This document shows, piece after piece, positions 41,658-56,400 of a stretch of 64,000 nucleotides of DNA. The translations under genes were made by a program, and so were the position numbers. The DNA comes from Octopus vulgaris (taxonomy: Eukaryota): assembly GCA_951406725.2 (NCBI GenBank), contig OX597816.1:80104001-80168000 (forward strand). The letters run 5' to 3'. The notes below the pieces were generated by a model that was not told the DNA's origin, did not search any database, and saw only the letters and a list, made by a program, of their open reading frames with translations. Every line of letters starts with the position of its first letter. Position 1 is the stretch's first letter.

Positions 41658-43926
41658 TACTGAAGTTTTCAGTTCTTTAGGAATATGTTGGGGTTCCCAC
41701 ATCTTCAGGATGAGGGTGAAGATACAGGTTTGCAAGGGTAAGCCTCCATGTTTGATTATCTCAAACGGGATGTTATTTGGGTCTGGAAACTCCCTTGGTC
41801 TCATTTGCATCAGAGTTTGTTTGAATTCGTGAAAAGTAGGCTGAGGAGGAGGATTTGGACTGTTTCTCAGGAAGTTCTCAGCTGTGTTCGAATTTCTATT
41901 TAGGAAGGTGAGAAAATATTCCTTCCAGTGTATGGGTATGTCATGTGGATCGGTCAGGGTACTTGCATTGTCAGTCACTGGAAGGGATCCAGTTGATGGT
42001 CGTACTGGTCCAAATAGTTGTTCCGTTCCAGCATAGAAACTTCTAAGGTCACGTGCATCTGCATAACTCTGAAACTCGACTGCTATTTTTTGCCACCAAA
42101 TGTTCTGCTGTTCTTAGTTTTGCTTGTTCCTGTTTTAGCTTCTGGAAATGCTTCTTTTTGAGTCTGGACCATCGGTCTCGTTCGTGAGCCAGTCGAGCAT
42201 TCTACTTTTGTTTCAATCAGGTTGCTGATTTCAATGTTGTTTTTGTCAAATCAGCCCTAATTTTTCGTCTTAGTTAAACTGGTGATAGTGTTTGCTGTAT
42301 CTGCGACTATGTCGCAAATGTTTCTCCTTTCATCATCTATAGATTGGTCGTTGATCGAAAAGCCTGTGGGAACTATAGAGGAATATCTTTACTTTCTATC
42401 ATAAGAAAGGTCATTGCCAGCATTCTTCTAAATCAGCTTCAGACCATCACCGAAAAGATCTTACCAGAATCTCAATGTGGATTCCGTGCCTCTCGCCGTA
42501 CTTTTGACATGATTTTCTGTGCAATTCCAAGATAAAAGCAGGGAACAATAAAAACCGATTTTTCTTGTTTTCTATTACTTAGAAAAGACCTTTGATAGCG
42601 TTCCAAGAGCTGCTATGAAGAAGGTTCTTCATCGTTTTGGATGTCCTGATCACTTTATTTCTCTGGTTCACGCAATTCATGACAATATGTCTGGATGTGT
42701 ATTCCACCAAAACTTGCTGTTAGAAGAATTTACAATCACGTGCGGACTAAAATAAGGTTGTGTCTTTGTACCTACGCTATTCTCCCCGTATCTAGCTGAA
42801 ATGCTTCCTGAAGTTCCTCCAGACAATCCAGGAGTTGGCATCTGATATCGATATAGTGGAGGACTTTTCACTTTTAGCAGGCTTCGGTCTAAACATCTAA
42901 CACACATGCAACAAAGCAACCCATCTCAGAACTTCAATATTTGATGACAATGCTGCCCTCTGTCATACCAAAGAACTCAAACAGTCCGTGAACAACATTG
43001 CTATGGCCTACCATTGCTTTGGCTTTACAGTAAACATCAAGCAAACCTCAGGTCCTTGCACAACAAGCCCCAAATGCCATCTTACTAGATTTTGATGTTA
43101 CCATCTTTGATACACCCCTCAGAAAAGTAGAGCATTTTCCATATCTAAGCAGTCTTTTATCAAAACAAGTGCACCTCAGAAAATGATGTGCAACACAGAA
43201 TTGGAGCTGCACACAGGACACTTTTGGAAAGTTAACTAAAGGAGTCATCAACAAGAAGGATCTTTACCTAACAACAAAAATTATGGTTTATAATGCTGTT
43301 GTCATTTGAACCTTGCTATATGGCAGCGAAATCTGGACATTTTATCGTCGCAACATCTAAAAGCACTTTCACCAACAAAAGCTTCGTTCAATCTTGAGCA
43401 TCAAATGAGAACACTATGTGACCAACAGCAAAGTCTTACAAAGAGCCAACAATCAAAGTATCGAATCGCCGATCATGAAACATTGTCTTCGATGGTCAGG
43501 ACTTGTAGCAAGAATGGAAAAGTCAAGGTTCCCACGCCAAGAATCATTTAGTGAGCTCACTTCAGGAACAGAACCACGACATTGAGCTCTTCAACGATAT
43601 AAAGACCAACTCAAAGCAACACTGAAAGTCGCTGGAATTGAACCTATATCGTTTGAAACACAAACCCGAAACTGTACCAAGTGGCGTTGTTCCACCACAA
43701 CCGGAACCAAAAATTCCAAAGCCACCAAAAGAGAAAATAAAGAAATCAAACGAGAGGAGAGAGAGGCTCGAAAAAATCAAATTCATCCTCCACCAATATT
43801 ACCATGCAGTCAATGCCATCGACGTTTCTATAAAAGAATTGGTCTACAGAGTCATCAACAGCATCACTGTAAAAGAAGTGTTCAGCGAAGAAAATAAATA
43901 CTCGGATACGCGATAAAACCGAAGAC
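41658..43926 (+). mobile_element. RTE (BovB-like) LINE, 5'-truncated with inverted 5' segment
   Basis: Plus part from about 42350: DRKACGNYRGISLLS..LPESQCGFR..DMIF; minus part 41658 to about 42340 ends IPKELKTSVI; 17-bp candidate TSD at 41641-41657 / 43927-43943. Confidence 0.85.
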
Positions 43927-44366
43927 AACGGCGATACAGATATAGCTCACTAAAAGACACTAAATTATTTTTGCTGTATCGTTTTGTTGACCGTAATTTA
44001 TTTAAAGCAAAGTTGGTTCTTGAAGAAAGTTTCTGCCACAGTATTTTAATAGTACTTATTTTATCAATCGCCATCCCCTCAAAAAATACCAGAAAAAAAA
44101 TTAAACAGTGTAAAACATATGAATCAAAGGTAAACCTTGGTGAATAACAAATTTAATGCATACATTTGTGTGTACATGTCATTATTTTAGAAAACTGGAC
44201 AATCTTTCGATTAGCTGTACATGAAAAGTGAAAGTCTTTCTTCGGTAATTTCCTATTTTTTTTATTTATTTAATTTGATTTTCAGATGAATTGTTTATGT
44301 TTATGCATTATTGTGTTGATGTGCTTATATATGCGTGTATGTATTCATGTATGTATGTATGTGTGT

Positions 44367-44744
44367 GGAGGCGCAATGGCCCAGTGGTTAGGGCAGCGGA
44401 CTCGCGGTCATAGGATCGCGGTTTCGATTCCCAGACCGGGCGTTGTGAGTGTTTATTGAGCGAAAACACCTAAAAAGCTCCACGACGCTCCGGCAGGGAT
44501 GGTGGTGATCCCTGCTGTACTCTTTCACCACAACTTTCTCTCACTCTTACTTCCTGTTTCTGTTGTACCTGTATTTCAAAGGGCCGGCCTTGTCACTCCC
44601 TGTGTCACGCTGAATATCTCCGAGAACTACGTTAAGGGTACACGTGTCTGTGGAGTGCTCAGCCACTTACACGTTAATTTCACGAGCAGGCTGTTCCGTT
44701 GATCGGATCAACCGGAACCCTCATCGTCGTTACCGACGGAGTGC
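44367..44744 (+). mobile_element. tRNA-derived SINE family 2
   Basis: Box A TGGCCCAGTGGTT, box B GGTTTCGATTCC; homologous copies at 45692-46046 (minus) and 7251-7497 (minus). Confidence 0.85.
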
Positions 44745-45319
44745 TTCCATCCCCATGTATGTATGTGTGTATGTATGTATGTATGTATGTATGTACGCAT
44801 GTATGTATGTATGTATGTATGTATGCATGCATGCATGTATGTATATGTTTGAGTTTATGTGCTTGTACGTAAATTTGCGTATGTATGTGTATATACGCGT
44901 ATAATTGAGTATACACATATACGAATACACATACATATACAATACTTACATACACAACTATACATAAATATACACATAACACGTAATATATACGCAAAAA
45001 TTGTATAAGCGTAAATGATTCAGCTGAAAGAAATAAAGAACTTTTACGAAAATTGTCGAAGAAAGACACACATTTTGTATACGGCTATCGAAAGATTGCT
45101 GAATTTTGAATTAAACGTGGCGCTTTACAACCATACATACGTGAGACTTATTATCTATCTTTAAATTGTCAGCGAGAAAGGGATTTAGAGCATAATTTTT
45201 ACAAATTACAGTATCTAAATTAAATGTAACTTTTATTTTTACTGTGAATGTTTATCCCACACGAAATTGAGACTGTTTTTCATTTCATGATTAATGAATG
45301 AAAATCTCTGTCCTCTTCT

Positions 45320-45382
<63 letters not shown>

Positions 45383-45691
45383 CATCTCCCCACTCTCTAT
45401 GTCTCTCACTATATATACGTAGTGGTAATACTCATTAGGTTATTTTTGTATTATCTGAAATAGAATACCCGCATATTGATTAATACCCAAAAATTGAATA
45501 TTGGCTTTTATCGGAAATACTTTGTATATTTATAGATAAATATATAAATATTCGATAAATAAGACCCCCAAAGTATGATATGTAGATGCATATAACGCTG
45601 TAGGGTTGCACCTGATTGATTTAGAAATTTGTTTTCACAAATTATATATATATATATATATTATATATGTATGTGTGTGTGTGTATCGTGA

Positions 45692-46046
45692 CACTCCCTC
45701 ATTTACGACGAGTGTTCCAGCTAATCCAATCAACGGAACAACCTGCTCGTGAAATTAACGTGCAAGTGGCTGAGCACTCCACAGACACGTGTACCTTTAA
45801 CGTAGTTCTGTGGGAGATTCAGCGTGACTCACAGTGTGATAAGGCCGGCCATTTGAAAAGCAGGTACAACAGAAACAGGAAGAGAGAGTGAAAGAAAGTT
45901 GTGGCGAAAGAGTACAGCAGGGTTCGCTACCACCCCCTGCCGGAGGATCGTGGAGTTTTAGGTGTTTTCGTTTAATACTCACAACGCCCGGTCTGGGAAT
46001 CGAAACTGCGAGTCCACTACCCTAACCACTAGGCCATTGCGCCTCT
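45692..46046 (-). mobile_element. tRNA-derived SINE family 2
   Basis: Reverse complement of 44367-44744. Confidence 0.85.
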
Positions 46047-46051
46047 ACACA

Positions 46052-46129
<78 letters not shown>

Positions 46130-46137
46130 CGTGTGTA

Positions 46138-46997
46138 TTGGGTCATCCCATAAATAATGCGATATTATACTTCTTTTATATTTCAAAACTAGGATAAGCA
46201 AAGTCTTTTTTAAATCGAAAATATGCTCTCATTATCTACAATGTTCTTCTATATATCTGGTAGATTTGCAAGGCCATCTTCCAAATTTCACTTGTCCGCG
46301 ATGAAAAATACTCCTCCGGTACTGTTCTGATCTCGTCTACAGAATTCATATTTTTTTCGTCCAAATGATTTTGAAGACTACGGAATAAATGATAATCAGA
46401 TTGGGCAATGTCTGGCGAATATGGTTGATGAGTCATCGTTTCCCATTGAAACTACTCTAGCTTTTGGAATGTCATCCTCGCCGTATTTGTCCGAGCATTA
46501 TCCTGATGGAAGAACACTTTTGATCTTGAAACCAAAGATGTTCATTTTTCTTTTAGCGCTGACTTAATCAGCTCAAACTACTCGCAGTAGAGCTTTATTA
46601 TCGTTTGATTTGAGTTTGAAAGTTCAAAGTGAACTAAACCTTTCATATTCCACCAAACAGGTAACAAGTTCTTTAGCCTCGGGTGCCGGTAATTTTCCTT
46701 TTCCTACCCGCTGTCTTCGGCACTTGACATTTTTATAAAAACCCATTTTCTCGTTACTGGTCGAAACAGGTTCATTCATGAGACAACAAAGAAGAGCACA
46801 CATTCACTCTCTACGCGCGGTTAGACTGCAATTTGCTGACTTATCCGATGGCACGGAGGTGTCGATGAATGGTTGAATGACCAAACCCAAGCTTCTCTGC
46901 TAGTTCATCAGCAGTTGCAATGGGATTTTGTTCCACCAGAGTTTGCAGGACGTCCTCTTCCAATTGAAAATATCCGCATTATTTATGGAATGACCTA
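46138..46997 (-). mobile_element. Mariner, internally deleted copy of the same family as 3343-4616
   Basis: TA|TTGGGTCATCCCATAAATAATGC TIR and matching far TIR; HQPYSPDIAQSDYHLF motif on the minus strand. Confidence 0.9.
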
Positions 46998-47031
46998 TAT
47001 ATATATATAAATCTACATACATATACACGTG

Positions 47032-47070
<39 letters not shown>

Positions 47071-47073
<3 letters not shown>

Positions 47074-47232
47074 CGCAGGCGTGGCTGTGTGGTAAATAGG
47101 TTTCTTACTAACCACATGGTTCCGGGTTCAGATCCCCGGCGTGGCACCTTGGGTAAGTGTCTTCTATTAAAGTCTCGGGCCGACCAAAGCCTTGTGAGTG
47201 GATTTGATAGACGGAAACTGAAAGAAACCAGT

Positions 47233-47300
<68 letters not shown>

Positions 47301-47491
47301 TGCGTTTGTCCCCCACCATTGCTTGACAACCGATGCTGGTGTGTTTACGTCCCCGTAACTTAGCGGTTCAGCAAAGAGACCGATAGAATAAGTATTATGC
47401 TTATAAAAAATAAGTTCTGGGGTCGATTTGTTCGACTAAAGGCGGTACTCCAGCATGGCCACAGTCAAATGACTGAAACAAATAAAAGAAT

Positions 47492-47492
<1 letters not shown>
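47071..47492 (+). mobile_element. tRNA-derived SINE family 3 (CORE-like) with internal microsatellite
   Basis: Head GGCGCAGGCGTGGCTGTGTGGTAA..GGTTCAGATCCC, CACCTTGGGTAAGTGTCTT, tail ..ATGACTGAAAC. Confidence 0.75.
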
Positions 47493-47524
<32 letters not shown>

Positions 47525-48239
47525 AACGATTGTGGCGGGATTTGAGCGCCAAATGTAAGGGTGCATAATTAACTAAAAACAGAAAAAGCATTTCCCCAAC
47601 CACTCCACGGATTATAGCAACCAGCTGCATCAAGTACAACTGTTAATTATAATACAGATAATAACAAAAGGTAGTCTAGTCATTCGCACATCATTTCTAA
47701 ATGAAATTGTTGAAACAATTGAAAACATTTATAGAGAATCTAATTACATTCCTCATACATATACACTGACATGGACGTAGGAACATATTGAAATAGGATG
47801 TATACATGCATACATACATACATACATACATACATAGTCTCATTCATGCACAGCACCTACACAATCACGCAAGCGCACACGTGCACAAGGAGACAGTCAT
47901 ACAAACATAGATATACGCACATGTGAATAATGGAGTTGGGGTTAGAGGGGAAAATGAATAAGTTAAGTAAGTACAAAAGAGTTGAAAAATGAAACTGAAA
48001 GAATGAATATTATTGTAAAGTGTTACATTAATTGCTAACCTCTGCTAAAGGTACAAGAAAAAGCAGTGAATGAAAAGCCTTACTACCAGCCGAACCGAGC
48101 TAACAATAGGCCAGTGACACAAGCGTAATTCAACAGAATACACTAAATTTACAGGACAGAAACACACACCTATACATACACACAATATCATAAATCCATA
48201 CATACAGTAATATATTCAAGCACACACACACACATAGAT

Positions 48240-48302
<63 letters not shown>

Positions 48303-48402
48303 AACATGTACATATTAAATGTATACGTATATGTATATGGGTGGGTGTATATAATATACGTGTCTATACATACACACACATATATACGTGTATGTATGTA
48401 TG

Positions 48403-48465
<63 letters not shown>

Positions 48466-48699
48466 TTGTGCGATTGTGTGTATATGTGCATGTATATATT
48501 TATGTATTCATCTATTGACATACGATTGTGCGCTTGGTGTGTTTGCCTGTGTGAGCGTTTGTGTGTGAGACTTCCAGATAAGTATGTGTACAAAGGTCTT
48601 AATCTTAAGTAAACTAACAGAACTGTACCCAAATGCCTGAGAGCCAGAATATGTGGAGGCGTTTAAGGCAGGTTTCAGTTATCATTATCGCCACAGTTG

Positions 48700-49038
48700 T
48701 CATTGTTGTTGATGTTTAAGTTGACGATGATGACAACAATGACGATGACGACAACGACGGCGACGACGATGGTAAAGATGGTGATGATGATGATGACGAG
48801 GAGGAGGAGGATGTGGATGATGGGTGACAGTGGTGGCCTTCTTGTTGATGTTAGTGTCTTTCGTAGTCGTAATGGTGGTGGTAGTGTCGGTGGTGTCGGT
48901 GGTGACCTTGTTGCTGCCGGTGATTGATGATTTACGATGGTGATGATGACTGATGATTTATGATGGTAATGATGAAGTTAACGACATCCATAATGATTGC
49001 GATTAAGGGGATTACGATGACGACGATGAAAGTTGACA

Positions 49039-49106
<68 letters not shown>

Positions 49107-49554
49107 TAGTAGTGATGGTGGTGGTAGTGGTTGAAGTGGTGGTAGTGGCCTTGGGGTGGCGGTGGCTGTGGTGGTGGTGGTTGTTGTTGTGGTGGTAGTG
49201 TTGGTGGTGGCAGTGGTGGAGCTGGTGGTGGCTGTGGTGGTGCTATTGGTGGTGGCTGTTGTGGTGCTGGTTGTGGTGGCTGTTGTGGTGCTGGTTGTGG
49301 CTGTGGTGGCGCTGGTGGTGGCTGAGATGTCGGTGGAGGTGGTGGTGGTAGTGCTGCTGCTGCTGCTGCTGCTGGTGGCGACCTTGTTGCTGCCGGTGAT
49401 TGAAATGGGAGTAACAGTGGCGGCAGGGAAAACGGTGATGACGATGACAACGAAGACGACGATGACTGGTGATTTATGATGGTGATGATGAAGTCAACGA
49501 CGTCCATAATGATGGCGATTAAGGTGATTACGATGACGAACATGAAAGCTGACA

Positions 49555-49586
<32 letters not shown>

Positions 49587-49725
49587 CAATGCTGGTGGTG
49601 GAGATGGTGCTGGTGCTGGTGCTGATGCTGGTGGTGGCTGTGGTGGTGGTGGTGGTGGTGCCTGTGGTAGTGCTGGTGGCGACCATGGCAATGGTGGTGA
49701 CCTTGGTGGTGGTGGTGGTGGTGGT
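48700..49725. repeat. Low-complexity GAT/GTA/GGT tract with an internal duplication (period about 477)
   Basis: GACCTTGTTGCTGCCGGTGATTGA and the following CCATAATGAT..GACAATGAG(TAG)n block occur twice (about 48904 and 49380). Confidence 0.8.
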
Positions 49726-49909
49726 AGAGAAAAGCACGCCTTAACGATGCCGTAAACCACAACTACTCTGACAAACAAATAAAGTCGCCTCTCCGTGGAC
49801 TCTCGGACTACTAGAAATAGCAACTCATTAAAATTTCCCTCAAATTACACCTAACTGTTTGTAAGACAAGGAATGACGGATTAGATGATGTAGCTCGTAG
49901 AACACAATC

Positions 49910-50415
49910 TCATTTAAAAAGATGGAATGACCATGGTCGGAATATCACTGATCGTTTGTCTGCTGACTGCAACGTAATCGTTGACGACTGAAACCAGCAG
50001 TTAAACAGCTGAAACAGAAGAAAAAGCACCCGACGCGCACTTCCTCATATTTCCTCGATCTGCTAGAAATAGCAGCCAAATCTTTTTTTATTATATATAA
50101 TTGCCCTAAGTATAGAATATATAATCTAATACAATATAGCTTTCAACAGGCAGACATAAGGGATGAACATTTAAAAAGATGAAATGGCCATGGTTGGAAA
50201 ATCACTGATCGTTTGTCTGCTGACGGCAAAAGAATCGTTGACGATCGAAACCAGAAGCAGTAAAACAGTAAAACAACTGAAACAGAAGAAAAAGCATTCG
50301 ACGCGCACTTCTTCATATTTCCTCGATCTGCTAGAAATAGCAGTCAAACATTTTTTTTTATCGCCCTAAGTATAGAATATATAATCTAATGCAATATTGT
50401 TTTCAACAGACAAAC
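49910..50415. repeat. Tandem duplication of about 260 bp
   Basis: ATCACTGATCGTTTGTCTGCTGAC..GCGCACTT..CTCGATCTGCTAGAAATAGCAG..GCCCTAAGTATAGAATATATAATC occurs twice. Confidence 0.85.
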
Positions 50416-50489
50416 ATATCAGAAACACCTTTCATATTTGATCAGAGCAAACCAAGGGTTAAACCATAACATCATTGCAAGCAACAATC

Positions 50490-51410
50490 CTTTCTACTGG
50501 AAGCACGAGGTCTCAAATGTTGGGAGGGGGCGGGGAGGAGATTAGTCGGTTACATCGAGTCCAGTACTCAAATGGTCCTTAATTTTTCGACCCCGAAAGG
50601 AATAAAGGCAAAGTCGACCCCGAAATTTGAACTCAGAACGTAGCAACGGGCAAAATACCGCTAAGCATTTCACCCGGAGTGCTAACGATTCTACCAGCTC
50701 GCCGCCTTCATTATAAGCAACAATAACGACAGTAATAATGGTCTCTAACAGCCAGAACAAATACTGCAAGGCATTTTCCTTGACTCTCTAACAATCCTGC
50801 TAATTCACAACTTTAATAATGATAATGATAAGTTTTTCTGCTATAGGCACAAGATCTGAAATTTAAGGGGAGAGGTTATTCTATTACATCGACTCCGGTG
50901 TTCAACTTGTTCATTTTATCGATCCCTGAAGGATGAAAGCCAAAGACTACCTCAGCAGAATTTGAACTCACAATGACGAAATAACGTTAAATATTTTGCC
51001 CGTCGTGCTAACAATTCTGCCAGCTCACCGCCTTAACAATCCTTACTACTATAGACTCAATGCCTGAAATTTTGCGGGAGGATGCTAGTCGGTTACATTG
51101 ACTCCAGTACTCAAATGGTACCTCATTTTATCGACTTCCAAAAGATCAAAGATAAAGTAGACATCGGTAGGATAAACAACAACAACAACGGTAATAATGG
51201 TTTCAAATTTTGGCACAAGGCCAGTAAGATCGGGGAAGGGGTAAGTCGTTTAGATCGACCCTAGTGGTCAACTACTTAATTTATCGACCTCAAAAGGATG
51301 AAAAGCAAAAGTCGACCTCGGCGGAATTTAAACTCAGAGCGTCAAGACGGACGAAATGCTGCTAAGCATTTTGCCCGACGTGCTAACGATTCTGCCAGTG
51401 CGCCGCCTTA
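50490..51410 (-). mobile_element. Array of about four SINE family 1 copies
   Basis: Successive reverse-complement copies ending ..GCTCGCCGCCTT at about 50708, 51034 and 51409, plus a partial copy. Confidence 0.75.
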
Positions 51411-51455
51411 ATAATAATAACAACAACAACAACAATAATAATAATAATAATAATG

Positions 51456-51905
<450 letters not shown>

Positions 51906-52138
51906 AAGAAGAAGAAGAAGAAGAAGAAGAAGAAGAAGAAGAAGAAGAAGAAGAAGAAGAAGAAGATAGAGCGCCAGCCTTGACAGCGGCTGGACGTGTT
52001 CCTCACTGCTCTGACAGTTCGGTGGCTGAAAGCCATAGAAACACTAATATGGGCCAGTTTAGCAACGGGGAAAAATAACTCTCAAAGACTGGAACATCTA
52101 CAATACCTCGTGAGTATTTGAAATTCTCTTCAAAGTGG

Positions 52139-53040
52139 GTTAAGAAATTTACAAATTTACATATCTGCAGCTTTCAAACATACATCCGATCGGCTTTAAA
52201 AACTTTAATACCCACAACTGCCTCTGTAAGCACCCTTTTTTTCTTCTCTCTAAAAACATCACGCTTTTCTTTTTGTGGACTTGCAAAACCCTAAAACTTT
52301 CTATGAAAATCTGACTTTTCTTTGCTTCCTCCCAGAATATTCAAATATAAATGTAAACATATACTCTTTATTGCCAAACACACCTGTTCTTCTAACTGGA
52401 CATACAAACATCTCTAGAGGGGTCAACTTCAACCTCCACAATATTACCTTGCACGAAATATACAAACACTTTTTATTGCAATAACACAAACGCACATGGA
52501 AAAAATAATGATGCTAAGATTCTCTCTGGTCGAACACAGCTTCTCTATTCACAAATAATACAGAACAGCCCTTCAAAATAAGTTAAGAAAATTTACAAAT
52601 TTACATATCTACAGTTTTCAATCATACATTCGACCAGCTTTAAAAACTTTGATACCCACAATTGCCTCTGTAAACATCCTTTTTTTTTTCTTCTCTCTAA
52701 AAACATCACGCTTTTCTTTTTTTGTTTTTTTGTTTTTGTGGACTTACAAAACCCTAAAACTTTCTATGAAAATCTGACTTTTCTTTGCTTCCTCCCTGAA
52801 TATTCAAATATAAATGTAAACATATACTTTTTTATTGTAAAAACACACCTGTTCTTCTAACTGGACATACAAACATCTCTAGAAAAGTCAACTTCAACCT
52901 CCACAATATTACCTTACAGGAAATATACAAACACTTTTTATTGCAATAACACAAACGCACGTGGAAAAAAAAATGATGATGCTACGATTCTCTCTGGTCG
53001 AACACAACTTCTCTATTCACAAACAATACAGAACAGCCCT
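52139..53040. repeat. Tandem duplication, unit about 445-460 bp
   Basis: GTTAAGAAA(A)TTTACAAATTTACATATC ... CAGAACAGCCCTT occurs twice at high identity. Confidence 0.9.
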
Positions 53041-53493
53041 TCCTTAATTTTTCTTAAGCCTAATAGTAGTAAACATCTGAACTTTTTTTTGACCGATAGA
53101 AAAAAGAGAAAAAAAAAAAAATCACTGATGGTGATGATGATAATAATGATAGTAATAGTGCTGATAATCTATCTATCTATCAACACACACACACACACTC
53201 AAAGAGTTCAACCAACACAAAGAAAGTATTATTTGACAGGCAAGAACTCTAGTATTGAAGACAGTCAGCCAGCCAACCACCAAGCCAGCCAACGAGACAG
53301 ACAGACACTACTGTGATGGTGATAATGATAAAAAAACAAAAATAACAATAATAAGATACTGCTGTGACTACACATAAAACAATATCATTGATGATGATGG
53401 TGGTGATGGTGATGGTGATGTTGAAAATGATGATGGTAATGGTGGTGATAATGATGATAGTGATGGTAATGGTGATGATAATAACAATAATAA

Positions 53494-56400
53494 GCCGACT
53501 ACGGCTGCTATAATGGTACGATTATAATTGTAACGGCAATGATGGCCGTCTCCCCACGAGCCAATCAAAGCTAAAAAATGATAACATTATCGTAGCACCA
53601 AAATGTTTTTGGAAACTAAAAGGAAAACTAAATCAGTATACCAAATCGCTTGTCCTATGGTTAATCTGGAAGCGCGTCCCCCAGGGAAGAGCCAGCCTGG
53701 GATCGAAAAGTCATCAACTGGCACAAACTCTTCTCCGAATACGGACATGGATGGTCACTTGAACGGGAAATCCCCCAACTCGAGCCCTCCATATTCACCA
53801 CCACAACCACCACAGAAAGAAAAATGTAAGCGGAACAAATGGACCCGAGAAGAGTATAAAGAAGTAATATACGCTTATTACTATGCATTAGGTAGGCCAT
53901 CTCAAGAGAGACACACCGCAAACTCTTACAGTATGTGGAGAACACGGAATCAAGACAGTAGGCCCTATTTGGACGAGAACAAATTAGCAAATGTGAGGAG
54001 GGATATCTTTAGAAATAACAGACTCACAGACAGTGAAATAAGCGCGATCAAGCACGCAACGGAAAATGACATAAATATAAGACACAAAGGAAATGAAGAA
54101 TCAGATGAACAGTATAGCCCGCCACGAGGCTTAATTGAAAGACTGCCATCTGACCAAAGTACGCAAAGGCCTGAAGATACAAGAAATTCTATTGTACCAG
54201 TTAAAGATAGCCAGGAAAACGAAAAAACAACAGTAACTGAAGATCTCGCATTTGCTGAAGAACACAGAGAGTCTATGGCAGAAATGAGGCAGAAAATCCT
54301 GAATACGCTTGAAGTTGTAAGACATACAGGTATGAATGATAGAGAACCGCTTCATAAACTCTCAAATACAAACCAAAATAAAAAACAAATCCAAATTGGC
54401 AACTATGTAACAAATGAAATAATACGAGAATTAAAACCTGATTTTACTGAGTTAAATGAAATTATTTACGCTTCTGCTAGGGCAATTGAAACCAGCTGTA
54501 TGCCCCCGAAAAAACAAAGAAAACAAAACCTGGGAAGAAATCAAACCTGGAGAAGTAAAATTGAAAAAGAGATTGAATTTATGAGAGGGGAAATATCAAT
54601 ATTAAATGAACTAATATGTGGAAATGATGTAAGATCCAGAACAGGAAGAAAGATGAAGAGAAAATTTGGATCCTCACCAAGAGAAGAACTGATATCAATA
54701 AAAGAAACGCTGAAACAAAAAGTCCAAGCAAAAGCCCAAAGAATACGAAGATTTGAGAAGAGAAACAAGTTTTACAAGCAAAATAAGCTGTTCACATCCA
54801 ATGCCAAAAAATTCTACAGAGAAATAGGGAAGGAGAAAGTAACCGTTAAAGACCCCCCTCCCATGGAAGAAGTTCAAAACTTTTGGAAAAGGATTTGGAG
54901 TGACAAGAAGACGTACAACATAAATGCAGACTGGATTATACAAACTGAAGGATCCTACCAAAATTTACAACAACAAGCATGGGAAGACATCACAATAGCA
55001 GACCTAAGAAAGGCACTCACGAAGGCCCATAATTGGAAATCCCCCGGTAAAGATAGGGTGCCGAATTTCTGGCTCGCATCGCTCCCGTGCGCACACGGTA
55101 AGCTAGTTCAGCTGCTCAATGGAATTATGAGAGACCCAAAGAAAACACCTGAATGGTTAGCAAGTGACATTACTTACCTACTCCCAAAGAATAACGAAAC
55201 CAACCTTCCAAAAACTATCGGCCTATAACCTGTCTATCCACCACGTATAAAATCCTAACATCTATCCTGGCGGAGAAAACATATGCATTCATGGAGAAGA
55301 ACGATATTTTCCCTATTGAACAAAAAGGGTGCCGCCGAGGCTCTTACGGATGCAAAGATCAACTGCTAATCAATCGTATGATCCTTGAGAACTGTCACAA
55401 CAAGCGCAGAAATCTCAGCACCGCATGGATTGACTATAAAAAGGCCTTCGACAGTATACCGCATCCATGGATCTTGAGATCGCTGGACATCTTCAAAATT
55501 TCCCCTGTGATTTCAAACTTCCTGAAGCACAATATGTCGTTGTGGAATACGAATCTCCAATTATACCACTCTAATGGAGTACTTGCTTCAGAAAATATAA
55601 ACATCAACTGTGGAATTTTTCAAGGTGACTCACTTTCACCTTTAATATTCTGCATAGCCCTAATACCCCTTACAAGTGAATTAAACAGAACAGGGTATGG
55701 GTATAAAATTGCCAATAAAAAAATAAGCCATCTATTTTATATGGATGACTTAAAACTTTATGGTAAAGACAATAATGAACTTGAAGGCCTATTGCGCACC
55801 GTGAAAGCATTCAGCGATGACATCGGGATGGAGTTTGGACTTGAGAAGTGTGCCAAGGCCACTTTCCAGAAAGGGAAAGTGAAGACCACAAATTCAGTCG
55901 TGTTAGATGTTGACACAGTCATAAGAGAGCTTGAGCAAGAACAAACATACAAATATTTAGGGATAAATGAAGGCTCTGGTATTCAGCATGCAAGCATGAA
56001 AGAGAAGATCAGGAAGGAATGTTATAGGAGAGTTCGTGCAGTCCTGAAATCTGAACTAAATGCACGTAACAAGGTGTTAGCTATAAATTCCTTAGCGGTT
56101 CCAGTTGTTACTTATAGCTACAATGTGTTGAACTGGAATATGAGTGAAGTAAAGAATATAGATAGAAAAATACGCAAGCTGCTGAGTTGTAATAGGATGC
56201 ACCACCCAAAGGCAGACGTAGATCGCCTTTACCTTCCCAGAGCCCAAGGAGGTCGAGGCCTGATCCAATTTGAACTAGCTTACAAAACAACCACAATTGG
56301 ACTGGCCAAATATCTCGAAATATCGAATGACTGGATGCTAAAGCTCGTGGAAAATCACGAGAGACGAAAGAAGCTTCATTCTATCATCAAGGAAAGCAAA

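Noticed and set aside
44367-44442. tRNA gene
   Set aside because: The tRNA-like head continues into a SINE body that has multiple copies; not a bona fide tRNA.
48932-49762. 276-aa His/Pro/Tyr-rich ORF on the minus strand
   Set aside because: Arises from GGT/GTA/GAT trinucleotide tracts that are open in several frames; no domain or splice evidence.
51966-52045. Structured GC-rich segment resembling an HDV or hammerhead ribozyme
   Set aside because: Helices can be drawn, but core nucleotides and spacing match neither class.
53494-53602. HDV-like ribozyme in the Dong 5' UTR
   Set aside because: Hairpins are present, but I could not fit the P1/P2/P3/P1.1 nested pseudoknot by eye; an RNArobo or Infernal search would be needed.
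55205-55228. Programmed -1 frameshift in the Dong ORF
   Set aside because: The in-frame context (CCA AAA ACT) is not a canonical X XXY YYZ heptamer and R4-clade elements normally have a single ORF; a deletion or sequencing error is simpler.
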